A stretch of DNA of 64,000 nucleotides from Selaginella moellendorffii (taxonomy: Eukaryota > Plantae > Lycopodiophyta), in NCBI RefSeq assembly GCF_000143415.4, contig NW_003314267.1, positions 3,848,446 to 3,912,445 of the forward strand. The letters are read 5' to 3'. The notes under the pieces were generated by a model. The model ran no database searches, was not told where the DNA came from, and saw only the letters and a list, made by a program, of their open reading frames with translations. This document shows positions 13,601 through 24,020 of the stretch, piece after piece. Position 1 is the stretch's first letter. Every line of letters starts with the position of its first letter. The position numbers were made by a program, and so were the translations under genes.

Positions 13601-15270
13601 TTCAGTTCAATCCAAGAAAAGTTTATAAGAGAGCATGGCAATGATTACTTGAATCAATAGACTAATCCCTACAGTCATGGTTGATCCACTTATAATCATG
13701 CCTAGGAAGGATCCACTAGTGCCGTGCTAAATAGCTACGGACCAGCTTATTTGCCACTCATAGCAAACTTAGGGAAAGTTTACTTTCTCCCATGGTACAA
13801 GGAACAACTCATGGAATCATCAATAGGCTAACATTAATCCTACCAACTCAAAGTGTAATCTTGAGTTGCTAATGTGCCTCTCTCACGAGCCCAAGCATAA
13901 ACTCGTGCAAATGGAACATCTCCAAACCATCTTATGAGCCCAAGCGCAAGCTCACATAATATGGAACAAAAAGGTAACCAAAACCTATCCCAAGGAACTA
14001 ATGTGAAGTCTTTGCACCCAAACGTGTACCCACTCGGATCATCGTTTTCATCTCTGTGTATGCAACGAGACTAGTTGCCTAATCTCATTGGATAGTACTC
14101 GCCGAGACTCATCCTCTGATACCAAATGTAACACACATGGTTTTGACCCTTTATCCTATGGTGATTTACCATAGGATAACACCACGAAGCGGAACCTAAA
14201 CCCTCTTTATGCCACGTGACAGATGCCACATGTCACATGCCACATGTCTATCCCACGTGTCCATAGGAACTCGAGGTTCAAGGCCTTGGGCCACTGAACG
14301 AAAGAACGGTGCCAAACTCCCAAGCATGGAGCCAAGGAGTGATGGAACCGAACCACAGAGTAACTCCCGAGCATACAGCCCAAGGAGCGAAGGGATAGGA
14401 GCCCAAAGCGACTTGAAACAGTCCTGGAGCAACCAGCATCCTAATGCCAAGACTAACACGCAAAACGGAGCCAAATGGAGTCTCGTGCTATTTCGGCATA
14501 CCAGTGGCATAACGCGAGGAAATGGGTACCCCACCAACTAGCATGGTATGGAACTTGGGCTTAGACCCAAGCCGGATGTAGAACAAGGACAGGCACGCAA
14601 GCAAGAGCTAGACTATGCCTCAAGTTGGTCAGCCATGCCCGACCTACCCACTATCCCTACTATACATTTGGAACCCCCCATATCCCCCCCCCCTTGAGGA
14701 ACACACGCTTTGGGCTTTCATCCCAAGCCTCCTTTAGTATCAAGAGTTAATTTATAGGACAAATTTGAAACTTATTAAATATGGAATGTCCCTAATTTGT
14801 GAATTTGGACACGGGATGAACACCATTGTGTTCAAGCCGACCTCGACATTCCGTAGACATGCCAAATGAGCGAATCTAGACACTTTCCATAAATAAAACT
14901 TATGACCAAAATGAGACTAATATAAAGGGCATGATAGCGAAGGTGTTTAGCAGACACGGTAAGCTATCATCCGGCGATATTGAGGGACTAGTCTCAATAC
15001 GCAAGGGTTCTTGCCAAGCCAGTGCAAGACAGAGCAAAAGAAAAGTAAAAGCCAGGCTGAGAATGCTCAGCTAGAAACACATAGAAGTTCCTACCTTATG
15101 TCCATCTGGCTAAGTACAGATGTTAAGCCCAGTTTACTAACACTTGGACAAGAGGGGCCAATAAAGGGAACCAGCAATATCAACCTCTTGCCATCGTGGC
15201 AGTAAGGTAAGAGTGTACGTAAGAACTGGCCGACAGATAACTTTCGATACCCGAAGTCACATTCGCGATA
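7625..15270 (-). mobile_element. Non-coding LTR retroelement (LARD-like), internally rearranged
   Basis: LTRs of about 1.14 kb at 7625-8765 and 14127-15270. 5-bp TSD gacat (7620-7624 and 15271-15275). PBS TGGTATCAGAG (minus, 14114-14124). Polypurine tract complement ctctccccccc after 8765. No pol motif recognised in the 3.4-kb internal region. Confidence 0.85.
9170..11149. repeat. Duplicated block: LTR end + Copia gag flank (9170-9750) and a second, left-truncated LTR + internal segment (9751-11149)
   Basis: 9171-9354 matches about 15088-15270. 9355-9750 matches 15271-15514 joined to 16348-16499. 9751-11149 matches about 7758-9169. Confidence 0.88.
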
Positions 15271-15514
15271 GACATTGATAACAAGAGCTTGATTCAACTT
15301 CTCAAAAGCCTTATTGAGTGCCAAGATTTCTTTTTGCTTCACTGTAGCCACACCCGCTTTCCTCCAATTCCTGAAAAAGATGACAAAAATCTTGGAAGAG
15401 AACTCATAAATCCTCCTTACCAGTGTAGCACTTTGATAAAATTTCTATCTCAATCACTGTGATCTCTACAGTAGTCCTTATCCCATAGCACAGAAGGAGG
15501 CAATCCCAGATTTT

Positions 15515-16342
15515 TGTTAGAGGTAGAGATGATGTGGCAGTAGTTATGCCCACGTGGCAGTAGCTTTATGTATATGTACACAATCATATACAGTTATATA
15601 TATACAGTTCTTCCTCCTCGTGTGCGCGTCTCTCCGCTGCTAACATGGTATCGGAGCCTTGGGCTCCTTGATCCTGGGCATGGCGCTTGCTGGCCAGGAG
15701 GCCAGTGATGAGGAGGAGGATGAGCCTCCCAATTGCAATCCCTCTTGCAATGTTTGGGACGCTTGAGGCGTTGCACCAAGGCACCAGGCTGTGTAGAGGT
15801 GCTGAGCAACAAGCAGCAGCAAGTAGAGAACAAAGCCAGTGGGAGATTGAGAGATTTCACCAACCCACATCAAGAATTGGGTCAAGATTCAAGAACATTG
15901 CATAGCAATTCTTTGCAGGAATTTCCAGCAATTGGGAAGGATGCTCATGGAGATTCAAGTGCCTAGTCGCAGAGAAGTGGGAGCCTGGCAGTTCACGGCC
16001 AAGACCTCATGCTAGAGGCAAGATTGAAGCCATAGCAAGAAGCAAAGAGTGTGCAAGCAAGTCCAAGACCAAGAACCAAGTTTTGGGTAGTTGATTGATG
16101 AGTTTTCATATGCTTTTCTCATCAGCTTTCCATGCTCATCATCTGAGACTAGCTAGGCACGATTCAGGCTTAGATTCAGACTGGAATCAGCCGCCTGATC
16201 GTGAGTGGGAGTGTTAGAGGTAGAGATGATGTGGCAGTAGTTATGCCCACGTGGCAGTAGCTTTATGTATATGTACACAATCATATACAGTTATATATAT
16301 ACAGTTCTTCCTCCTCGTGTGCGCGTCTCTCCGCTGCTAACA
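15515..16342 (+). mobile_element. TRIM (terminal-repeat retrotransposon in miniature), 828 bp
   Basis: Identical 131-bp LTRs (15515-15645 and 16212-16342, TGTTAG...CTAACA), PBS TGGTATCGGAGCC at 15646, PPT GAGTGGGAG at 16203-16211, TSD atttt, non-coding interior. Confidence 0.95.
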
Positions 16343-16657
16343 ATTTTTGCAATAGACTTGTCTCTTGTTGCATATGCTAGATGCTTTGCTAGCTTTGATT
16401 TGATGATGGCTTGAGCAGTCTACTCTTGACTGCTACTGCGAGTGAACTTAGTGGCTGAAGAATCAGCACCTTGGGGAGATGCCCATCAAGCTCAACACAT
16501 GAGTCATTTAGTCCCTCTAGTACCAAAAATGCCTTGAGCCATCAAATGGCTGGAGATTTGCAAGAATGGTAGCAACCAATCACTCCATCAGCAATGAGAG
16601 AAAGAAATAGGAACAAAGAAAGAAAAGAAAAAGTAACAAGCCACAAGCCTGATACCA

Positions 16658-16775
16658 TGAAGAGAAAATGAGTTGCCATTCACACGTCAATCATGCTCTA
16701 TATACAGACTATTCCTGACTGATTGGTGCATGATTCCTGGAGACTTGAGCAAATCAACAACTGCTACCTTCCACA
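16658..16775 (-). repeat. Copia 5' LTR (118 bp)
   Basis: Direct repeat of 3966-4083, adjacent to the PBS. Confidence 0.9.
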
Positions 16776-17632
16776 CAACCTTCCTGCTCAGCCTATGCTC
16801 GCAAGCAAACTCTTGGAAATTGGCGTGCAAGACGAGCTCCCATCGCCAGGAAAAACACAAGGTACTTCACACATCTTTCCAATGAAAAGAAGTACTCGTT
16901 GCCAGACACTTCAGCTTGTCCAAAACCACACACAAACCATCCACCCGGCTTGAGCCACGATGGAGATGTTCTTCAGGCTGTACGCACGGTGGCAGTGTAC
17001 TGTACTGCAGCGTGTCCTTCCCCTGTGAATTCTTGGGGCAAGCTTGACGACAACTTGGCTGCCATGGTCGAGGTCGCTCTTTGATTCTTTCGAAGGAAGC
17101 CCCAAGTTTTAACGGCTGGGAGGCTTTAACGGCTGAGATACAATCAGGGGACTTTCGTCATCCAAAACTCCTTGGACGAAAGCAGAACAGTATTTGAGCT
17201 AAGAGAGCCGCTGCTTCACAGCAACATTGGCAACTCTGAGAGCTGGCTTTAATCGCAGCAGCACCCTGAGAGTTTAGAAATGCACCTCTGTGCGTCTTGA
17301 GTCCCACCATCTTCATTCCAGAACAAATGCGAGCAAACATACACCGCACGACGTTGATCCGGCTTTCTTAGCAATTTCGCCGAGTACTGCATCGTCAGTC
17401 TGCAAGTCCGAGAGTGAGATTGGTCTGAAAATACGGGCAAAGCTTACCCCTGAAGCTTTGTGAGAGCGTGTCTCTGTTTTCTACCCCAGAAACAGTACTT
17501 ATCTGAGGTGCGTTACCGCTTTAGAGTCCTGCAGATAAATGTTAGGACAAAGTCCAGAAAATAAATATGCCACACACTCACAACGATCTCTTCTTTTCTG
17601 GAGGAAGCAGCATAGCATCCCCCACACTCATG

Positions 17633-17953
17633 CTGAACCCGCAGGCTTTCCACCAACTCGGAGCTGCATCGAATACAGAAACTCCGCGTCTTCGGAGATA
17701 TCGTAAGCCCAGGCCGTTGAGAGCTGACCACCTTTCACTAACTACTTGATCCGGGAGTCAGCAGTAAAAGCTCCTCCCGTGACCACCACAACAGGGAGCC
17801 AGTGTTGTTGAATTCGAAAGGCCCAAAGAAGACCTCCGTCCAGGAGCTCCACATATCTGTCATCTATCTGAAGCAGCTTGTCATCGCCGGCATAGCAACC
17901 ACTAGCAAGATCTCTGTGGCCCTGAAAATATCTGGCCAGTAAACCACTGTCAA
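17633..17953 (-). pseudogene. NUP133: Deletion-collapsed second fragment of NUP133
   Basis: Colinear patches matching about 1478-2197 of this window, with two deletions of about 190 nt and several small ones. Confidence 0.85.
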
Positions 17954-19044
17954 CTAAAGGTAGGATATTTACCTCGGCACAATGTTGAGCGCATGCTCTG
18001 GGTTGAAAACATTCAAACATTTAATGCCGCCCCTGCCATTCTATGTTGAACTTTGCAAATCACAAATCAGTCAGTCAGTATGATTCATCTTGGGGTAAGG
18101 AGATCAGTTAGATCGAAAGAAAGGGTTGTGGAGTTTTCATGTGCATGAGCCAGTGCTTCAAGTGCTTAGGAGTGGAAAGCATCCAATTGCAAAAGATTTG
18201 ATTGCAAGGTGTAGTAATGGTTTCTTTTTCTAGTAACCGTAACATATCATGTATCTTGTCAGATTCTTGGTTGTCACAGAGGTTGGACGTAATTGGGGTG
18301 AATAATGCTGATCCCAATCCAGTGTGCAAGAATTGGCATGTTAAGAGTTCTGGAGTTGAGATCCAGTTGATGTTGCAAACACCGAGGAAATGTGGAGCCT
18401 CATGAACATGTTTGAGGTGTCATTGCTGGTTGACTTCACACAACAAGGACAATATGACGTGGGGGATGTAAACAAAGCAGATGGTCTCCCTGTTCACGGC
18501 TGAAAGAAATCCATGCATAAAGCGCTTTGTCTTTGCAAGCCCATACAATGACTTTAGTGACAGGGACCCATGCTCTGGAGATCTGCGAGAAGTGTTCAAG
18601 GAGAAGCTCCACTTTACAACCACAGAGATGGGGCGGGTTTATTAACAAAAATCACTGCCGGGGAAACTATTTTCGTGAGGGAATTCAAAGTGGGGCTCCA
18701 GGATTACATTCACATTAACGATGCTGTTCGAGGGAAGCTCTTGAGGAGACTTATGGAAGGAAGGCTGGCCTAATTGCCCTTCCAAATGAGAGGGACGAAG
18801 ATGAAGACGAAATTTGTATATCTGAAAGTTGTGCGGGAATTCCATTACCGCAGGCTCCATACGAGCTTGACAAGCTCGTGCCCCTCATCCATGGTTTGGA
18901 GAAACTTGAGGAGTGGCACCGATACAAGTACATAGAGTTTGGATATAAATTCCGGCCAAGACGAGAATGATATGAAGCATTGGATGTAATGATAATTAGA
19001 TTAACACTATGATCAACATAAGAGCTTTCGTTTTCTTCCAAATG

Positions 19045-19230
19045 TCGGAATCTATGAATCTTTACCTGGCACGTAAGCCATACTATTATATTATCTCCGT
19101 TGGTAAATCTTTCCACCTGGGGCGAGCATGGCAAATTCTCAACTCCCAGCTACCTTCTGTGTCTTGCAGAGAAGCTTTGTAATGACACCGAGGTGTCTCT
19201 CTGCAACCCAACGTCCGACTCAAGAAGAAA
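19045..19230 (-). pseudogene. Degenerate copy of the TRMB last exon and 3' region
   Basis: Colinear similarity to about 20910-21175 (ttatctccgttggtaaat ... cgtccgactcaaga) with many short deletions. Confidence 0.7.
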
Positions 19231-19376
19231 CAATGGTGGCAAAGTAGAAGCACGCATTTTGTTTTAGGTGAGAAGAAGATTCTGTAATTCGTGATACCGC
19301 AGACTTACTGTTCGTTTCAACTCTGTTCAGACGAGTTGCGCTAGTTGACTTGTTTTGAGGGGCTCATTCCTTGGAG

Positions 19377-20906
19377 ATGATTCTTTTGCTAGGTGCTTGC
19401 TTCCTTCTTCTCATCACCACCATCTTCGCAATTCGCTTCTCTCCCAGCTCCAATCTTCCTCCAGGCAATCTCGGATGGCCGATCGTCGGGGAGACCCTCC
19501 AGTTCCTGGCCCTGTTTAGAAAGAACAAGGCATACAGCTTCTTCCACGAGCGCATGGCCAAGCATGGGGGAGTGTTCAAGACGAGCCTGCTCGGCTCCCC
19601 CACCATCGTCATGCCCGGCCCAGACGGGAATAAGTTCCTCTTCTCCCAAGAGAACAAGCTCGTTGTAGGATGCTGGCCTCCTTCCACTGCTAGCTTGCTC
19701 GGCCCGTGCTCGCTAGCAGTCCAGACTGGCCAAGAACACCGGCGACTACGGGAAGTGTTCATGACGTTCCTCAGCAGCCAAGCCCTCGGAAGATATCTTC
19801 CAAAGCTCTGCTTGCTTGCACAGAGTTTCCTCCAGTCGAAGTGGAATGAAGAGGCCGTCGTCACTGTAGCACCGCTGGTCCAGAGCTTCGTATTCTCGGC
19901 TGCCTGTAATCTGTTCCTGAGCATGGACAAGGAGTCAGACCAAGAGCTCCTCCTGGTTCCGTTCTACAAGTTTGTGAAAGGAATGATGTCTCTGCCAGTG
20001 CATTTCCCAGGGACCCGTTACTACGAGGCGTTGAAAAGCCGGGAGGCAATACTTCGGCTACTGGATCCGGTCATTTCCGCCAGAAAGAAAGAGCTGCTTG
20101 CGAATCCCACAGACGACCGGGACATGCTATCGGTTCTCCTCACAACCTGTGACGAAGATGGGAAACTTATATCAGAGAACGAGATAGAAGACAACGTACT
20201 ATTGATGCTGTTTGCCGGACATGAGACGGTCTTTCGCGCTCTCACGATCACCATGAAGATGCTAACTGACAACCCACACTGGAAAGAGGAGCTCTATCAA
20301 GGTACAACTTGTGTTGTTCACTTTTGAGGCTACGACAAGTTTCTCTTTTTCTGGATACAGAGCATTTGGAGATCAGAGCATCTAAAAGCAAACCCGATTA
20401 CGTACTGGAATGGAATGACCTGAGGAAAATGAAGTTGACATGGTGCTCGGTACAGGAGTCCATGAGGTTGTATCCGCCGTCTCCAGGTGCTACAAGAAAA
20501 GCCACACAAGAATTTGAGTACGCTGGATATCGTATTCCAGAGGGATATAAAGTAAGACATCAGTTAATCTTGTAGAAACTTTGCTCACCACTTTTCTTCT
20601 CTTTGGTTGAAGCTCATGTGGTCTGTTAACACTTCCCGGATGAAAGACGAGTTCTTTCCGGAACCTCAAAAGTTTGATCCTCTCAGGTTTCAAGGCAATG
20701 GCCCAGCTCCTTACGTCTTCACACCGTTTGGAGGAGGGCCTCGGACGTGCCCTGGAAATGAATTTGCAAAGATGGAGATGCTCGTTTTCTTGCATTACCT
20801 GCTGCTAAGCCACGACTGGAAGCCTGTGATCACAAATGAAGGTATTATAGTGGAAACAGCGCCTCTGCCGGCCCATGGTTTGCCTGTGAAGCTCAGCAAG
20901 AGATGA
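19377..20906 (+). CDS. CYP716: Cytochrome P450, CYP85 clan, CYP716-like; exons 19377-20301, 20361-20551, 20613-20906
   Basis: N-terminal TM anchor, LPPGNLGWPIVGETLQF, I-helix AGHET, ESMR (ExxR), FDPLRF, heme motif PFGGGPRTCPG; GT-AG introns in frame. Confidence 0.9.
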
Positions 20907-20959
20907 TCGTCAGAATCTATCCATGGAACTTTACCTGACTCTTCAACTATACTGTTAGA

Positions 20960-22191
20960 TTATCTCCGTTGGTAAATAGCTCTGTACATCTTTCCACCTT
21001 GGGCGAGCACGGCAATCTCTCGTTCACTGCGAACTCCCAGGGGATTGTCCAGCAGCCAGCCATCTTCTGTGTCTTGCAGAGAAGGCTCGTCAAGCTTTGT
21101 AATAACGCCAAGGTGTGTCTCAAACTGGTTTCTCATGTCCACCGCAACCTCCTCTACGTCCGACTCAAGAAAAATCTGCGCAAACAACCTCAGTTTCACG
21201 CTTAAATAAATTAGTATTCACGTACTTTTCCACCTACAGCAGTGTATCTGATAATATCATTCACTAGAGCTGGCTGGACGATTCGTCTCTTGCGATGTCG
21301 TAGCTTAAAATGCGGATCCGGGCACTGAGGACGAAGCTACATGAGAAACAAACGACAAACAAGAAGCTGGAAAGAATCGTACCAAAATGCATACAAGCTC
21401 GAGTCTTCCCGAATAAGTTGGTAGCAACGAGCCAAAAGACACTGTTGCGTTAGCAGTCAGGAAGTGTCTGTCATGAATGGAAGGTGTCAAAAAGCTATTA
21501 CAAGAGAATCGGACAGCTTACGCATTGACGAGATTCAGCTCCTTGGCCCAAACATTAGCCTTCTCGACCAGCTGCACAACAAGAGATTAAAATTGAAAGA
21601 AAAAAAGCGTAAACAAGAACAACCTACCATCCGGCGAACGTCGAGGCCCAGGTAGTTTTTAAAACCGGCATTTTTCTTTGCTAACAGCAGAGAAAATTTG
21701 CCCTGTCCTGGCATTACGAGAGTACGAGAATTAGAAGTGCTATAGAAGAAAAGTATGGAGAAGTAGCTATACCACAGCCAATGTCGACCGTTAGAGGCAA
21801 TGCAGGATCGGCGAAAACATCCTTCCAGTCAGGCAGAGTAAGAGGCTCCTAGAAAAAAGAAAAGAAAAAGGTACCTCATTAGAAACAAATGCCCGTTCCG
21901 GGCAAATGCTGAAACAAAACTTCATACCATCAAAGAAGCCTTCATGGGATTGCAGTGTTGCCTCCTCCTCGCGCCCTTCACCTGGAAACGAGCAAGCGAT
22001 CAAGAGAGGACTTCCAGATCCAACGATCTTGCCTTGGTTCTCAAGAGCTCGAGATCCAGCTCCTTGAATGCATCATCGATGAGCCGGTGAATCAAAACTG
22101 GCTGCGGCTGCTTTTGCTGCTCGATCGCAGAGATTCTTGCGCAGTGGCAGCGAGCAGGGCGATCGATCAGCGCCTTGACGCACGGCATCAT
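20960..22191 (-). CDS. TRMB: tRNA (guanine-N7)-methyltransferase TrmB-like, probably organellar; multi-exon
   Basis: Spliced exons give [98 protein letters not shown]: the characteristic TrmB motifs. Confidence 0.88.
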
Positions 22192-22201
22192 ACCCTAATG
22201 T

Positions 22202-24001
22202 ATGTGGAAGAGCAAGAACGGCGAAATCTTGGAGATTCTGGACAGGCACGATCGCCTGGGAACCTCACCCGATCTAGCTGCGCTTCTCAAGAAATGCGGC
22301 GATTCCAGGGCGCTCGAGAGCGGCAAGCGCGTCCACCTCTCCCTCGCCAAGGCGGGACGCGATCGAGAAACTCTAGCCGGGAATCTCCTCGTCCAGATGT
22401 ATGGCAAATGCGGGAGCCCGGAGGACGCGAGGGCGGCGTTCGAAAGAATAAAAGAGCCCGATGCCTATTCGTGGAATATCCTCGTAGAAGCATATGCCCT
22501 GAATGGGCATCTGGATATCGCGAAAGAGGTGTTTTCTCACGCGCCCGTTAAGAACGCGGTGTCCTGGAATGGGATGTTAAGAGCATATTCCCGGGTACGG
22601 AATCTAGAGGAAACGCGTCACCTTTTTGACGAGATGCCGGAGAGAAACGTGGTGGCGTGGACGTCCATGTTGACCGCATATGCCCAACGAGGGCATATTC
22701 TCGAAGCTTATGAAATCTTTGGAAGAATGCCGCAGAGAGACTGCGTTGCTTGGAACGCTATGATCGCGGCATATGCCCAGAATGGGCATTCGCTAGAGGC
22801 GCTAGTTTTGTTTAGAGCTATGGCTCTCGAGGGGGAGAGGGCGAACGAAGGCACTTTCTTGGTGGCTCTTGACGCCATCGCGCAGTTAAGAGCTCTGCGA
22901 GAGGGTCGAATCATCCACGCCACTGCTCGTGAGATCGGGTTTGATTCGATCGTAGCAGTGGCTAATGCCATCGTCGCGATGTATGGGAAGTGTGGCAGTG
23001 TTGAGTCTGCTCTTGGAGCGTTTGCTATGATCGAGCAGAAGGACGTGATCTCGTGGACTGCTATGATCAATGCGTATGCTCAAAATGGGCATTTGGAAGA
23101 AGCTCTTCTAATGTCGAAGCTTATGCTCATCGATGGCACTCGACCCAATGAAGTAACGTATCTTTGCGTGCTTGGAGCTTGCTTGGTGCTTCAGGATGGA
23201 AGATCACTCCATCACTGCGTTGACGAGCAGGATGCGAATCTAGTGAGTAAGGTTTCTATCGGTACTGCGCTTATTACCATGTATGGGAAGTTTGGATGTG
23301 TAGAAGACGCCGAGAGAATCTTTCATAGTATTGTCGATCACAGTGTTGTCTCTTGGACAGCAATGCTCGCAGTGTATGTCGCGAATGGGCATTTTGAGAT
23401 GGCGTTTCTCTTTTTCAAGTTCATGGATTTGAACGGAATTACTCCAAACAAAGTCACTGCTAGCATTATGATCCAAGCCTGTGCCGATAGACCTTCTTTG
23501 TATGAAGGCTCTTTGATCCACTCCAGCATAGACTTTGCGTCTAGCGACGCGATGGTTGTCACAGCACTGGTCGATCTCTATGGCAAATGCGGGAGAGTCG
23601 AAGAAGCCATGAAGATCTTCGGCAGTGCCTCTTGCAAGAACGTCCGTTCTTGGACGTCAATGAGCGAGTGCTTTGCTCGGAATGGCTGTGGCAAACAAGC
23701 CATTGTTTCATTCCAAACGATGGCTTTGGAAGGAATGGAGCCCGACACGGTGAGCCTGATCAGCATTCTCGCTGGATGCAGCCATGGAGGCTTGCTTCAC
23801 GATGGGTTGCACTATTTTCTATCGATCACTGGAGACTTCCATTTGACACCGATTGACGATCACTATGCTTGCCTTGTGGATCTTCTAGGACGAGCTGGAA
23901 AGCTGGAACTCGTAGAGAACTTGGTGCAAGGCATGGAAGTTACAGGAAATACGAAAGCATTGCGTAACTTTCATGGAGTTCGTCAAGTACATATGCGATG
24001 A
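22202..24001 (+). CDS. Intronless PLS-class PPR protein, ends in a partial E domain
   Basis: Repeated MYGKCG / VSWTAM / AYAQNGH motifs; HYACLVDLLGRAG near the C-terminus; no DYW domain. Confidence 0.92.
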   Translation: MWKSKNGEILEILDRHDRLGTSPDLAALLKKCGDSRALESGKRVHLSLAKAGRDRETLAGNLLVQMYGKCGSPEDARAAFERIKEPDAYSWNILVEAYALNGHLDIAKEVFSHAPVKNAVSWNGMLRAYSRVRNLEETRHLFDEMPERNVVAWTSMLTAYAQRGHILEAYEIFGRMPQRDCVAWNAMIAAYAQNGHSLEALVLFRAMALEGERANEGTFLVALDAIAQLRALREGRIIHATAREIGFDSIVAVANAIVAMYGKCGSVESALGAFAMIEQKDVISWTAMINAYAQNGHLEEALLMSKLMLIDGTRPNEVTYLCVLGACLVLQDGRSLHHCVDEQDANLVSKVSIGTALITMYGKFGCVEDAERIFHSIVDHSVVSWTAMLAVYVANGHFEMAFLFFKFMDLNGITPNKVTASIMIQACADRPSLYEGSLIHSSIDFASSDAMVVTALVDLYGKCGRVEEAMKIFGSASCKNVRSWTSMSECFARNGCGKQAIVSFQTMALEGMEPDTVSLISILAGCSHGGLLHDGLHYFLSITGDFHLTPIDDHYACLVDLLGRAGKLELVENLVQGMEVTGNTKALRNFHGVRQVHMR

Positions 24002-24020
24002 GATCTCTAGAAAGAGCCAA

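Larger units (their letters stand above)
3966..16775 (-). mobile_element. Ty1/Copia LTR retrotransposon, decayed, host of nested insertions
   Basis: 118-bp TG..CA LTRs at 3966-4083 and 16658-16775 (9 differences by eye). TSD caact/caacc. tRNA-iMet-type PBS (TGGTATCAGGC on minus, 16647-16657). PPT next to 4084. Minus-strand remnants run gag, integrase (LRLDSRGEY, TPQQNGVAERKN), RT (MDIKTAFLN, KSIYGL), RNase H (YSDADWAGD, TKHIEIQYHFVR), which is Copia order. Confidence 0.93.

Noticed and set aside
7470-15351. Repeated small ORFs (MPSQCK..., MVGYPFPRV..., MFPWQY...) suggesting a gene family
   Set aside because: All lie in copies of the same LTR or internal segment
15515-16342. Direct repeats as a CRISPR-like or satellite array
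   Set aside because: Only two copies with PBS, PPT and TSD, so LTRs; no CRISPR array anywhere in the window
16780-19040. Short ORFs right of the Copia element (apart from the NUP133 fragment)
   Set aside because: No supportable identity from sequence alone
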